From: Podarcis vaucheri
Lineage: Eukaryota
Reading direction: 5' to 3' (one strand)
NCBI GenBank assembly: GCA_965113315.1
Contig: OZ220368.1
DNA: 63,852 nucleotides
Shown in pieces: positions 1-13,953 of this stretch (within the stretch, counting starts at the first letter, position 1; every line of letters starts with the position of its first letter). Both the position numbers and the translations under genes were made by a program. A model generated the notes under the pieces. The model saw only the letters and a program-made list of their open reading frames with translations. It was not told where the DNA came from and did not search any database.

Positions 1-2624
1 AGGGGGGCAAAATATAGTAAAACTAAGGCCACATTAATTTTGGTGATAGTAACAGACACACTTTTTTTTGGGGGGGGAACATGAGACATGTTTCACCCAC
101 ATTAGCCAGTGTGAATTTACATGGTAAAAATATTAATTTACAGTGCTTCACTAAAAAAAACCCACAACTCTGCATGTTTTGCCTCATCACATTTATCCTC
201 AAATGGGAAGAGAATGGGCAGCTACAACACAAGAGATCAGAATGGAACAGGACTCCACCAGTTTGACCTTTTCCTCCCTTAATTTGAGCTCTGTGTGCAT
301 GCGTTCTTGGGCTGCAATAGTGCTGCATCTGGCTGTAACATTAACTAAATCATAGGTTGGTGGTATGTGAACAAGCCTCAGGTTTATGAGTTCCCCCTTC
401 CCCACATTCCTTTTCTGGCATGACTGCAAGGAGCAGTTTGGAAGCCTCGACTTCCTTTTTATCCAAACTGTTATTATTTGCCCAAACAAGCCAAGATAAA
501 ATCTTAGTTTCTGATCCTCACCTGTTTGGACAAAGCCCTGCTTAAATCAGGTGGAACCTCAGACCCAAGGGCCAAATGTAGCCCTCCAGGCATATTTACC
601 CAGCTCTCAGGAGTTTCCCCAAGGCTACATCCCTTACCAACTGTGCTCACATCCTCCTTGAGTGCTTCTGCCTGGGTGGAATGTGCTCTTGCTTGCTTAC
701 CTGGATAGAGGGGTGTCTGTGGTGTGTATAGAAACCTCAGACTTCCATGCAATAGGAATGTCGCCTACTGTACAAAAGTAAGAGATGCAGCTGTTACTTT
801 TGCTTCTTGCCCTGCCCACTCACTTTTGGGGGAAATGTTCTCACCCCCAGGTTTAAACCAATCGCAGTTTACCCTGGTTTGGATGAAATGGCAGGTCACA
901 GCTAGGTGGAAGAAAGAAGTGGGTGCTTCTGATCTTCTCATTGCTGTGCTAGAAGGGAGCAGAGTTGTGCAGACTTCTGAGCCAGGATATAAGAATAGAT
1001 ATCATACAATGCAAGGAAAGGACATGCGATTCATGCAGCTCAGAGCTTCTTTTTTAGTGTTCATTCTGTCTCTTGGGTACCATTTTCTGCTGTCAGATAT
1101 GCAATCTGCCCCTGTACTGGCATGGAAGGCTGTCAGAGGAAACAGCAACTTATATGGCCAAGATTCAGAACTGAGCCCATCATCTTAAGTTACGCTGTGG
1201 TCATGTACAACACACAAATCCCTATACTGAAGCACACAAATCATTTTAAGGTGCTGTATACACTTGATGGAATACTTGCCCCAAAGAGCTTATTATAAAC
1301 TTTACAAGGGAGCAAAACTGAAACACTGCAAGTTATGATGACTAATTTGTTACTGGTTGTTGTTAAGAGGCAATGGCCAATTTTAGGGACAGGTTTTTGT
1401 TCCTGTATGACACGGCTCAAGGTTCCCAAGGTGTAATTTAGTTCTTCAGGGGAAACTAGTTGTATTTTCTAACCTCTGGTTTCCCTTACCTGTAGGCTAA
1501 CTCCAGTATTTCACAGAGAATCATCATCCATCTAACTGAAATACTCTCCAACGGCCCATCAGCCTTGCCTTCTCTTTGAAATAGCCCAGCTGAGCACTGC
1601 ACAGACTGTGATTTTTCCCCCTTCTAAGATGTCTTACTCACTCCATAAGCTCAAGACTGACAGTCGAATTTCACACTGTGATAGCCCCCCATCGATTTTT
1701 CACTTGCAGGGAGCAACTCTACAAATTAAAGTTAACAGCATTGTTGAAACTTTGAAATAACGGAGGGGGGAAAACAGGATCGAAAAGATACCTGAACACC
1801 AGGGGTTCAATGTGTTTGGGGGAGAGGGAGGAAAATCCAAAAGTGAAGGGCATTTCCAGACAATTAAAACCTTTTGAAAGGGAATTCCTTTGAATAAATG
1901 AAATCATATCAAAAGATCCACAAAATGTAAAGGTATTGCTGTAGGGGAGGTGGACTGATAGGCAGCTTTGCAAAAATACACGAAGACTCTTGTACTTTGA
2001 GAAATACAATTCCGAAATGTACAATGCCTGAAAATAACAATAGAATAAGAGTAAAATACACGTCAAGCCCACAAAACATGGGTTGGGAGTGGAATGCCAC
2101 TTGCCACTAGCAGTGTCATGCAGTCTACTTTATTTTTAAATCCTGTGCACCTGTTTGCATTCTCAACCGACTGCTTGAACCTCTACTCTGGCCATAGTCT
2201 ATCTAAACCCTAAATACTCCCAATACAATCAACTTCAGTAAGGACTGTGGAACATGCATGGAGCGACATTAGATCCCACAGAAATTATGATTACAGTAGT
2301 GGTCTCCAGGAGTAGAGATGCCAGGGAAACCCATAGTTCTGGAACTCGTATGGATAGAAGTTTTGGAGGGTTTGAATCTGACCAAAGAAGTGAGCCTTAA
2401 GAGACTTGAATTATTCTCAAACTCAGACTAGAATCCAAGCTAAAGAATTCTCAGTTTATTCCTTCCAACCCATTCCTCTGTACAATCCAGTCACCCACTT
2501 CCCCTTTAAATCTACTTATTGCTTGGGCCAGCAGGAAGTATTCCAGATGTAGGGTGAGGGAAGGGTGGCGCTCTCCAGTGCTTCATGCTCCATGTAACAG
2601 CACACCAGGTGCTGCAAAAGACCC

Positions 2625-2770
2625 TGGTGCAAGGGTGAGAACCTTTTTCAGCCTGAGGGCCGCATCCCTTCTGGGAAACCTTCCGGGGGTGACATGCCAG
2701 TGGTAGCCAGGATCAGAGACAAAAGTGAGTGAAGGAACAAATGTACATTTTACCAATGTGCAGCAGTTTA
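2625..2770. mobile_element. hAT-like element end fragment
   Basis: caagggtgagaacctttttcagcctgagggccgcat resembles a hAT terminus; the opposite end was not identified. Confidence 0.4.
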
Positions 2771-3779
2771 GTTTCTAAACTCCCTCACTTTCTCCTCAAG
2801 GACACATTTTAGCAATTTTTTAAACTTAATTTGTTTAAATAAAACCAATAGCAAATACAAAGCATCTAATTCAAAAGGGGAGGATATAAAAGCAATATAT
2901 CTATTATCAAAGGGTTACAACTTTCAGCTTAGTTCATACCATGAGGGTGATCCAACTTCTTCATTTTAATGTCTAATAACTATGTGCTAAAGAGCCCTAG
3001 CAAGGGGTGTGGGTGGGTGTGATTCACTTGTTTCCCTATTGCCCCTGAAAGTCTGCAGAGAAAGTCCTACTGCTTGTGCTACCTTGGAGAATTGATTTGG
3101 CCTCCCACACTAGGTGCCCTACTCTTCAGAAGTGCTGGAGTTTTTTCTCTCAAGTAGATCCCAAGGAAAACTGCAACTAAGAACTCAAAATGCTTTTGAG
3201 AAAGGTAAATGGGGTTGATCTCTTCCGTATGCTAGGCTAGAACTCTGCTTGAAGAGAAATTACAGCAGATGGTGTATTACACCATTAGTGTAAACCTACT
3301 CTGGGCTACCATGAAACTCCCCCCCCCCCATCCATGAATAATTGCCCAAGTTTATAGGATGCCAAATCCTGTACCAGACACACTAGTAGCATCTACCTTT
3401 TTTTTACAGTAAAATAGTGTGAATTGCTTACTGTTGCCTTAAATTCTCCTCCAAACCCACAGATTCTTTTACATATGCCCTGAAGATGATTAATGCAGGA
3501 AGTAGTACTGAACAGTTAATGACCTTGGCTAACTGAGGCTTACATTTTGCAAACAGAGTCACAAACTCAACAGGCAACTGGGATTTCCAGATGTAAACAG
3601 CTATGCTTGTGGTGTTAGTGAATATTTATTTTTGGCATGTGTCTGCTTTTTCTGTATTTTAGCCTATTAATCCCAAAACATTTATGGGGAACTGCTTGCA
3701 GATAACATCTTGGGTAATTTTATATTAGCCAGTTTTCTGCTCTGAAACAACTTGCTGAATTAAGCACACATAAATCTCA

Positions 3780-3965
3780 TGCAGGAAGCTGCCTTATAAA
3801 GAGTCAGGCCACTGGCCCGTCTAGCTCAGGGCTGCCTACATTGATTGGCAGCGGTTCTGCAGGGCTTCAAACGGGCTACTCCCAGACCCAGCTGGAGATG
3901 CCGGGGACTGAACCAAGGACCTTCTACATGCAAAGCAAGTGCTCTTCCACTGAGGCCCCATCCCC
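3780..3965 (-). mobile_element. tRNA-derived SINE (Squam3-like)
   Basis: Minus strand has ctcagtggaagagcacttgctttgcatgtagaaggtccttggttcagtccccggcatctcc (A/B boxes) and the 3' end gagctagacgggccagtggcctgactctttataaggcagcttcct. A more decayed plus-strand copy lies at ~6270-6390. Confidence 0.7.
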
Positions 3966-4119
3966 AGAGTTCTCTGAAACATCTGCATTAACTCTGTGGC
4001 TTTCTAAGGCACACTTGGCAGCATCTGCCAATCTCCAGTGGCTGTGTCCTTTTAAACAGTAACAGTCCCTTCAAATAGTTTGCCTCTTCCCATCCCCCAC
4101 AGCCATAATTTAAATGAAC

Positions 4120-4222
4120 ATGTTGTTGTTGTTGTTTAGTTGTGTCCGACTTTTCGTGACCCCATGGACCAGAGCACACCAGGCACTCCTGTCCTCCACT
4201 GCCTCTCGCAGTTTGGTCAAAA
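4120..4222 (-). mobile_element. RTE-BovB LINE 3' fragment
   Basis: (TGT)n tail followed by gtgtccgacttttcgtgaccccatggaccagagcacaccaggc, the reverse complement of the BovB 3' end with its (CAA)n tail. Confidence 0.8.
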
Positions 4223-6899
4223 TAGCCAAAGTTTTATATTGAGACAAAATAATTACAGTTGTATACATCTGTTTAGCTGTATACAATTTATTCCATTTGT
4301 CCTATTTGGATATTTCCTGAGAACAGAATTTTGCTGAAATCTGGCAAGGGACTATAATATTAGCAAACAGAGAAGGCTAATATGGCTGGAAATATGGTAT
4401 AAAGTGTGCAACAGAAGGAATGAGGTGGTCTTTAAGCTACAGAACAGTTTGAAAAGAGGGCAGGGACTTTCCCCACTCTTATTCTTCCACAGCAGGAACT
4501 TCTCTCATTTCTGCCACATACATTAAATCAATCATCTGTTTTTCAAGCTAACGTTCCTCTATAGCTGCACCCCTGCCTGGAACAATTTCCCCATCATTTC
4601 AGTGGAGAAAGCCCAATTTCTCCACTGAATTCTACGATTCTATGAATGGCTCAGCTCCCTCTACTGACAGAATGGGAGCCCTAGGTCCTCATGAGACTCC
4701 CATCAGATATCTATCTGAGTAGACAGATATCACCTGCAACATTTTTCATATCCTTAAAAGCTAGAAATGGGGTTTTGTTTTTAAACAATGTCATAGGAAG
4801 TTAGCTTCTGCAATTGTCAGACTATGAAAGCCAGAAAGTTGGTTTTATCTCAGGAGCCAAATTCTGGAACACCATTTCTATTCTTGTAGGATAATATGCC
4901 AAAGCTTAACTTTTGGAGTGGATTCGAGAAAATGGATTTGAGTAAAAAAGAAAGAAAGAAGAAGATTGTCACGTGAGTGTACACACACACACTGACCTCC
5001 CTTTTCTAAAACCCTCTTCTAAACCAAACAAGCACCTTACCCAATCATCCATGAGGAGCATGAAGAGTTATATAAAGAAGATAATTATAAAGGGATTTAA
5101 TGCTTGGCGAGCTCAAATTGCCAAGGCTTATGACAAAGGTAGCACACACGCTTGCTTAACTGGCCCAGTGCCCTGGCTTTGCTCTTATGTAAGCGACACA
5201 GCCGGAGCCGCATCCAAAATGAGATTTGTTTTATGGAAAAGAAGAGCGTGCCCCTTTGCTCTTGGGAACGGCAGCCGAGTCCCACCTCCCTCTAGTTTTG
5301 CTCCATTCCTGATTAATGATCTTGTCTGCCTGATTTATGACCCACCCTGACAGATTAGAGTTTCCTCTTCAACCGCCCCCCTCCCCCCCCAACCTCAGAA
5401 GGCACAGCCACACTCCGCTGGAAATATTAGAGAATTATTAAATAAACATTCATACGTCATGTCTCTTCCCAACCTGAGCTCATCCTAGTCAACACTCGGC
5501 AGCCCTGGCCTGTTTGCTTTTCATGCTGACAACAAACAGCTGGAGTGATTCATGGAGAGGCTGGCTACAATGTTTCATGTCATATATCATGCTAGCAGGG
5601 CTCCCTGCCCCAACAGAGATAAACTGATCAAGCACAACGGGCTGGAATGAATTTATGACAACACAAAATTGAGGAAAACAAATGGGAGGTGACCCAGTGG
5701 GGCACTAACCCAGACTCTTTCCTTGGCCTGCAATCTAGTTTGGTGGCAGAAAGCAAAATTGAACATTGGCACTCTGAATTAAGAGGCTGGCTTCTTAACC
5801 CCAGGAAGCCTTGATTTCAAGATGGCACCAGGCAACGTGGCTCGCATCTTCAGGGAGGAGAAAATGAGCCGTTGCCGAGTTTGCAGCCTACACACAGGTG
5901 GGCTAGTTTTAGCACCACTGCTAAGATTCAGGGAGCAGCAATGCAGGAGGGAGGGCCGAAATGACAGAAAAGGTTGGCTGATCTAAGCAGATACTACTGA
6001 AAGAAGGAAAACATAACATCAAGTCTTAAACTAATTTAAAAGCTGTTGTAGCGGAGGAGGAGCAGAATTGTTCCTAGGCAGGAATTGTTTCTGATGGCAG
6101 AATAAGATGCAGTGGCGTTAGATTCCAAGAGGAAAGGCTTAGGGCAGGGATTCCAAGCTGAGGTTCAACAGCCACTAATAGCTCTTGAGTAGTTTATTTT
6201 TCAGAAACTACAGGCCCAAATAATCCCAAAAGGCTTGCTCCTGCTCCATCCCCCTCCAATCATATATTGGTGAAGCACATGTTTTGCATGCAAAATATCC
6301 CAGGTTCAATCCCTGGCATTCAGTCCAAAGCCCTAGGGTTGCTGGCTGAGCTAGATGGACGCCTGACTCAGTAGAAGGAAGCATCCCATATTAAAAATGA
6401 GATGGATGGGAGTTGGAAAAGTGGGAGGAAGGAGAAGCATGTTGGCCTAGGAATGAATGGAGAGGCTACAGATAAAGCTTGGGTGGAAAGGTGATGGTGG
6501 ATGATGTTGTGGAATGACAGAGAAACACCAAAAAAGACTGGGAGAGCTGTTTGGAAGAAAAAACAGCAGGAAAGCTGGTGGCTTGCAGCTGCTTCATTTT
6601 ACCTCTGTGCTACTTTATGGTCATATACCAATGAATTGGGACAATTTTTCCAGTGGCAAGAATAGATGGAGGGAAACTGTTTGAGGAAGGATGAGACCCT
6701 GATTACAAAGTATATGGCAGGATTATGGGTCAAAAAGCTTTCATCCATTATTATCAACTTTGCCAGATTAGTTCAGGATGAATGCTCAGAGGAATTAGCT
6801 CCTTTGCAGACACAGACTCCCTGTGGAGTTCTTCCACACAACCTCTGTGTGCATTTACAAGGCCCCCAAGAAACGTTCCCCACTAGCCTCTTAACTTAA

Positions 6900-7215
6900 A
6901 TCATAGAATCATATAATTGTAGAGTTGGAAGGGAATCTGAGGGTCATCTAGTTCAACCCCCTATAATGCAAGAATCTCAATTAAAGCACCAATGACAGAT
7001 GGCCATCCAACCTCTTCTTAAAAACCTCCAAGGAAGAAGAGTCCACCACCTTCTGAGGGAGTCTGTTCCACTGTCAAACAGCTCTTACCATCACAAAGTA
7101 CTTACTGATGTTTAGGTGGACTCTACTTTCCTATAACTTGAATCTATTGGTTTCGGTCCTATCATCTGGAGCAGGAGAAAACAAACTTGACCCATCTTCC
7201 ATGTGACAGCCCTTT
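6900..7215 (-). mobile_element. CR1 LINE 3' fragment
   Basis: Begins tcatagaatcatataattgtagagttggaaggg...gtcatctagttcaacccc, the reverse complement of the CR1 (ATTCTATG)n terminus. Confidence 0.8.
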
Positions 7216-9861
7216 CAGTCCACCAATACCCAAATCCCTTACAAAGCAGTCCCACAGGAATTAACGAAGGAGGCAAAACACTTGCCTTACTACAAGGTTC
7301 AGCTATTCACCACAACTTGAGCATCTGCCCATCAAGATAGTAGTTGCTGCTACAGCATTCTGTTTCTGACTTGCTGGACTAGCTTGCAGTCATTACTGAC
7401 TGACTAGACTTGCTTAACCCGCTGCATGCTGGATTTCCTGAGTACAGAATAACTATTGTCAGGATGACTAGACTCTCCTTAAACTCTTGAATTCCCTAGC
7501 TGAGGCTTGGTTGCCCATCCAGATGGCTGAGCCACACTTGCACCTGTACAGCAAGGTCTAGCAGCATGTAATAGATTCTCTGTGACTACAGAAGAAAGAC
7601 TGATGTAAAGAAGAGATGGAGAAAAATAAGGTGACTGAGAGGTGGATATAGGTGGCTTACGTATAAAATGTTTGGTGCTTTGTGAAGAGATTATTCTTAA
7701 AAGGGGAATTAAAGATCTATGAAACATATTAAATAATAAAATAAATACAGTTTAAAAAGCACACAAGATAGAATATTGAGTCCCAGGTTGCATGTTGTTC
7801 AGGAGCCAAGGTGGATCCCAGGCACTGAAAGGTTCTTGTTTTAAGCTTAGCAAAACCTGTACCATATGCTCTTGTTGCATGCCTGCGCTGGCTGTACAGC
7901 TCAGTAAACCCTTCCTAGCCCTGTTATTCTATCACTTCTGAATACAGGCTCAAAGACTAGAAAAACCTGTTCGAACATCAACCAACAGTCACAACCAAAG
8001 CTGAATCCCACATGTTTTTCTACAGCTGAATATTTCATCCCACGCTGCTCTATTTAGTATCTTCTAGACTACAACCATTAGATATAAGCAATATCCTCAT
8101 TAAAAAAATAATCTAAAAATATATTACATTATATTACATATAGAAATCATCACATGCAGTTAAAGGGGGGGAAAGAGAGAAATCCTTGTTTTTTCTTGTC
8201 ATAGCGATCCAGTTCAGATGCAACAACAAATCACAATTTTCCATTTTGACTGATCTGGGCCAATAGCAGCTTTCATATCAAATTCAAACAAAAAATGAGA
8301 TGAATGAGATACAAAGAAGAATCCATCAGCAAATACATTTCTCTTGCAGGGAGGTAAGTTGCTTGGCATGCAAGTGATTCAGCTACAAGCAGCCTGAAGC
8401 ACACATTCCATTAACTTTCAACCCAAGTACATTAGCTCTGCGCCCAAACAAGGACAGTTTACTGTATTGTATTAGCTAATTAAAAATATACGCTCCATGC
8501 CTAGACTTTGTTTTGGAAAGGGAAGAGAAAATGAATGTCATTCTTATAAAAGTAGGATCAATAAAGAGAATCACTGCTAACTCCATTAACCATTGTTCTA
8601 AATGGACAGCCCAGCTGACACAGGTGATAAACCATGTGCTTCTAAACACTTTTTAAAATGCTAATCAGACATTACATGGAGCTTAACACACTAATCAATA
8701 ATGCCCAGATTTAAAAGCAAAAATTAAAGTTATGAACAGAAGGAAGTGATCCCATGGAGAGCTCACCACAATCACCACCCAAAACAAGAAAAATGAAACC
8801 AATTTAGCTCTAGATTAAGAACCAGGAACTGGAGATGAATCAATTTAGCTAGCTGGACTGGGTCACCATACATCATGGCTTGGCAGTGCAGGTGAAAGCA
8901 GCCAGACAGTAAGAATAAAAGAACACCTTCCTTTCTGCAAGCCCCAAGGTCTGATCCCACTTATCAATTAATTTAACAGAGCCCACCCCTTCGCACACAA
9001 CATTCTAGCTCCTTAACCATCACAACACAAACTATTTATCACACACAACTCCCGGAGGAGCAGGGACAGCACAGCTGGAACCTTTGCTTCTAAACATTTT
9101 GTTTTCTGTTCCCTTTGGAATTTAAGTCTCTAACTAAAAAGCAGTAACCCTTTACCACAAGGGATTTCTCATGAACCAAGAAATTGCTGTAAAGTGCAAT
9201 AAATGGCATTTGGTTTTTACCTTCTTAAGAAAAGTAGCAGGTTGAGTATCCAAGTGTAATTTTTGACTTCTGAAGTCAGGAAGTTTTCAGTGTGCTCTCT
9301 AAAAGGGGTCCTAACTTGTCACAAAGAGGAGGGTGCCATACTTTACAACTCCGAATTATAGCATGCACCACCTTGGAAAGAATGTGGGGTCTGCCAAGAG
9401 ACACTGAATAAAGCTTTTAAAATTATCTGATCAAGATGACATCAACTGATCGTTCTGGAAAATGTCAAACCTCTGCTTGGGAGGCCAGGATCCGAGGGGA
9501 ATAAGTGTTGGTAACTAATGCTATTGACACGGACTGCTGAAGAAGACTGAATTCTCCTGTCTCCTAAATGGAAGGCAGTATCAAAAGATTGCTAAGTAAT
9601 AGGTGAAAAAATGGCAACAAGTAGCTAAATCCCTGCAAAGGAAGCTGGCATGCATTGGCAACCAACATTCATGCCTAATCAAATCATGAAATTCTCCTTT
9701 CACCCCTCTCTTGATTTCTGCCTCCAATGTCCTGAACAGCCTATAATCCTAGCTTTTAATTCCTAGGCACACAAATGCAGGAGACTGAGGCAGGCAATAT
9801 ATTTCCTTCTGCATTTCATTTAAAATTGTAGCCCAATCTAGAGTGTTAATCTAGAAGAGCA

Positions 9862-10000
9862 GACATAGGGAACCAATGTCTCACCAGATGCTCTGGGACT
9901 ACAACTTCCATCATCCCTGACCATTTGCCACCCCAGGTGGAAGTGATGGGAGTTAGGCGTAAAATAACATTTGGAGGGTCTCAGGATACCCATCTCTGCT
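9862..10000. mobile_element. hAT-type MITE (other decayed copies at ~35920-36000, ~36125-36177 and ~49585-49718)
   Basis: Palindromic core ggactacaacttccatcatccc...gtgatgggagttagg, recurring at several places in the window. Confidence 0.6.
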
Positions 10001-10880
10001 TTGGACTACAATAACAGAGAATTCAACTCGACCCCCCCATCACCTTGTTCTGGTAGGTAATTGCCCTGAGACTTTGGGCTTGTTCACACAAATCACTGGC
10101 TAATAATCCTGTATGCACTGTGGGACATCGGAAACATGGTGCAGTTGTCTAAGGAACTTGCATCTATAGTCTCATATTTTTGTTCTCATAACCTTAGCCT
10201 ATTTCTATGCTTAAGACTTCAATTTTGTCTATGCTAATTAGGAGCATAGGATATTACTGCCCATAGCATTGCCTTGCTGCAAGGAGACAGCGCAGCATCA
10301 TGTATCATCCTTAGGCTTGCCCCTGCACTTTGGTGAAGCAAAAGATCCAGTCCCATGTGACTCATCCCCAATGGAAATGAAGGTTAAGATAATCTTATTC
10401 TTTTCCAGAGGCAGGCCATATCAAGTAAAGCTTCTGAAAAATAACACATCCCAAGGGAAGGAAAAGGGTAGCACTTTGATACTGTTGAGAATTTAACACA
10501 AGGGGAAGATTTGCCATCATCCCTCTAAAGCTGTAGAAACTACAATAGGGACTTAGAAATGAAATATAAAATCATCCTTCCACTTTTAGAGCCAACAAAC
10601 AAAATGGATTTTCCTCCGTCCTACAGATGGGGAATTCCTATGAAGAATGAAAAACAAGCAAAAATGGGGGGACGGGACCTATCTGACTTTCAGCTAGGGG
10701 AGAGATAATACTGTGTGTGAGTTTAAAAGCTGGATATGTTTCGCATGAGAAACATGTGGAACTACACAAGGAAAGCCATAAGCAGCATGTCAGTGCTACA
10801 GTGATGCCCCTTTGATAGAAAGCTCCTGGCAGTCTCTTTTGCCTCCCTAACAAAGACAGACATTCCTGAGCCATACTCAC

Positions 10881-10959
10881 TTTTCTATGTCACTATTCTT
10901 GCAGGTCTTTTGCATAGGCTCCTGTTTACTGCTCTCTCCGTTACTCGTTGATGGCATTT
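10881..10959 (-). CDS. RNF220: RNF220 exon (E)MPSTSNGESSKQEPMQKTCKNSDIEK, 79 nt; last RNF220 exon found in the window
   Basis: tacttttgcag|AAATGC...GAAAA|gtgagt. Phase 1 in, phase 2 out. Confidence 0.95.
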
Positions 10960-11653
10960 CTGCAAAAGTAAGGAAGAGCCCAGATCAGTGAAGGGAAATG
11001 TTTATTCACAAAAAGTCAGAGAAACCAAATAGTTAGTGAATTGTTCTAGTGCTGGTTCCCAAGAAGAAACTACCAATAACATGCTGGAGTGTCCAAGTGA
11101 CAAGTACTGTTGTATCACTCAAGATGCATTCATGACTTGCCAAGTATGGCAGACCTGCCGAACTCATAGCCCACAAAGTAGTTCTGGAATTGATAGGGCC
11201 ATGGATTACTCAAAGCAAATAATGAGGCTGGGATGCCAAATTATGACAAATTGCAGCAATCCATCAATTTCCTGCTTTACATTGGCAACTGTTCACCCAA
11301 AACCGAAGCACTCGGAATTACGAACAGTTTTCAAACCAGTTAGACACAAAGGATCCACTTCAACTTCCTTGAGCAATTCTCGTGAAATTGATTCCGTAAA
11401 TGGCTTGTATGTGCAATTTGTTCTTTGTCAATGCTGTGAATTGCAGTTAGGATTCTGGAGGTTTTCTATTCAAGAGGTTTTCTGGAAGAAACATGTGTTT
11501 ACAGGCCAGACAGGTTTACCCACACATAGGAATCAAAGTAACGCCATTTCTGCAGTCAGAAGAGGCAGAGAATTTTCTCACAAGCCTTTTGAAATCATGA
11601 GGGGAGGAGCACTGTTTCCAGAGGAAGAATTGTGAGAAGAGAGAGACTGTTTG

Positions 11654-11668
11654 CCATCAGGGGGCAGC
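11654..11668 (+). promoter_or_regulatory. Candidate CTCF site
   Basis: CCATCAGGGGGCAGC differs at one position from the CTCF core consensus CCASYAGRKGGCRS. Motif match only. Confidence 0.35.
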
Positions 11669-11759
11669 TGGTTTTGATCTACAGGTGCAGTTGCTGCCTC
11701 ACTTCCATCCCGAGGAACCTTCAGAAAGGAGTTGCTGCCAGGGGCATTATGTGTAGGTG

Positions 11760-12140
11760 TATTTTAATGTGCTGAATAGCGTGAAAGTCATGGGGTTGTG
11801 GAGAGTGTGTGTATAAACTTAAGTGTGCCTAGTTTATTTTTTTGGGTTGCTATTTTGTTAATGTTATTGTTTTACAGATTATAAATTCTGTATTAATTTT
11901 TAATCATATACTATGACTTTTGCTTTACCTGTGATGTTTAGCTTATTTTTTAGTTGTTGCTGTGTTAAGAGTGTTTTATAGATTATAATTGTTTCATTGA
12001 TTATTTGTTAATTATTCTATATGATTTATGCTGTATTTGTGATGTTCCATTATGTTCTACTATGTTGCTGTTATTTATTGTTTGTAAGCTGCTTTGGGAT
12101 TCATTTGAATGAAAAGCAGCACAGAAATATAATAAATCAA
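11760..12140 (+). mobile_element. Old L2-type 3' UTR remnant
   Basis: T-rich tract ending tgtaagctgctttgggattcatttgaatgaaaagcagcacagaaatataataaat. Confidence 0.5.
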
Positions 12141-13573
12141 AATCATTGCAGGACAGCTAGCATCGGAACTTCTCAGGAGTTTAACTGGAATTGAACTCTA
12201 CTTGCACAGTATTGTCCCAATTCCTGAGCTAATTTCCATAGTGATAATATTTTATTCTTTACTACCATGGATAAAGAAAATGGTGTGAAATCACAAACAA
12301 GAATGTGGAATCACACAGAAAAAATCCCCAGAAGATAATGATCACCAAACTTATTTAAAATATCCCTCTACTCCAAATGCAGAATACTTCCTCCCCATCA
12401 ATACATACTGCCTGGGAACTTCCAGCCATACTTTCTATTAGCACCCCATCTTTTTTTAACCTGTATGTAAATGTCACTTGTCAATAGTTCTAGCAACCAA
12501 GATGCAATATCAGAGAGAGAGAGAGTGGGATTTGGTCTATGGACACCCTAGTCATCAAGCTCCTAGAAGTGCAATTTCTCTCAAAAACTGAACTATCTCA
12601 CAGGGTTGAGAGAATAAAAATGGTGGGACTTCATGAACGCTGCCCTGTTTATGCCTTAAAATAAATATTTTACATTTCTTATGAAAAGTTTTATCCTGTT
12701 CTTCAGTCCACTGCTTCTAAGCAGTTACCAGAAAGAAAAGAAAACAATTCATATAAAGATCATGCATCTAAAATGCAGAATATGAACAGAAGCCAGATAA
12801 AAGTATTGCATTAAAAGGGTGAAAAACCAAAAGACATGGAAAATTAAAAAGATATCTCAAAAGGCACTGAAATTGTATCAGACCCAGAGCCAGATGAACC
12901 TTCTTGGGCAGGCATTTCAAAGTTAAAATCCCAGAACTGAAAAGGTCTTATCCACCTTACCTCTGAAGGCTTCTGAGAAATATATTAATGGCTGATCATA
13001 TACAAAGAAACAAATACTATGACACTGGCATGCATATCTATAGAAGGCAAAAAAGCAGGGGGCGGGATTTGCTATCTCAGAATGCATAATAATCTCAAAC
13101 ACAATTATGGTAATAAGTGGAAGAACTTTCATGTCTCTCAAATCATCCTCCAAACCAAGAGGAATAAGAATGCACTGCAGGCTAGTCACAGGATTCAAAG
13201 CCAGAAAATCATATTCAAACTTCGTGTAACTTGGGTTATATTCCAGAACACTCTGGGGGCATTTAGCAGAAGTTTGGGATAGAAATGATGCACCATAATC
13301 TTCTCTGGGTGACTCCATAGTTTCAGGCTTTTTTCTATTGGAAAATGGAGGCAATAACTTGTCTCCATCTCCAGGAGCACAAATTAAACTGCTGCATGGA
13401 TTCTCCTATCAAAACTCAAAAGCTGTTAACCACTCTACTTCAGATCTCTGGTGTTGGGCACACAGGAATAATAATACTCCCAATATGCTGAATACTAAAA
13501 CTGCACCATAAAATACCGATTGTCACTATGCAAGCCAACCCAACAGATTGCCACATATATCTCTTACACTCAC

Positions 13574-13629
13574 CGTCACTTGCCCACTTAGAAAATTCTG
13601 GTGTTATTCGGGTACTAGGCGTGCCACCA
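13574..13629 (-). CDS. RNF220: RNF220 exon (N)GGTPSTRITPEFSKWASD, 56 nt
   Basis: tctttttccag|TGGTGG...GACG|gtgagt. Phase 2 in, phase 1 out. Confidence 0.96.
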
Positions 13630-13953
13630 CTGGAAAAAGAGACAGCAGTGAAAATTTGTCCCAGGAAAAATCCCACAGCATGCATTTCTTCTCACCATTA
13701 TTAGGAATGATTATGTACATAGTATTTAAAGTTTGTCAATTGCCTTACAATCAATTTGTGTTTACTCTCACAACTGTGTTAAAGCAGGACACTATTATTT
13801 TCATTTTACATATGGGAAACTGAGAAAAAAATCTCAAGCCATAGTTCATCTTCTGCTAGGGATTCATTGCATGGGCGGACAGATTTTTTTCTCAGTCTTC
13901 TGCATGCAGAAGATGACAAGGAATCAGTAAAGTTGTAGCATTGGTGTAATCCA

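Noticed and set aside
1-10880. RNF220 terminal exons (ITEDSAVTTFEALK..., RING domain)
   Set aside because: Searched by eye on the minus strand and not found; presumably beyond position 1. A tBLASTn would settle this.
11036-11635. 199-aa ORF
   Set aside because: Non-ATG start, no homology recognised, antisense within an intron.
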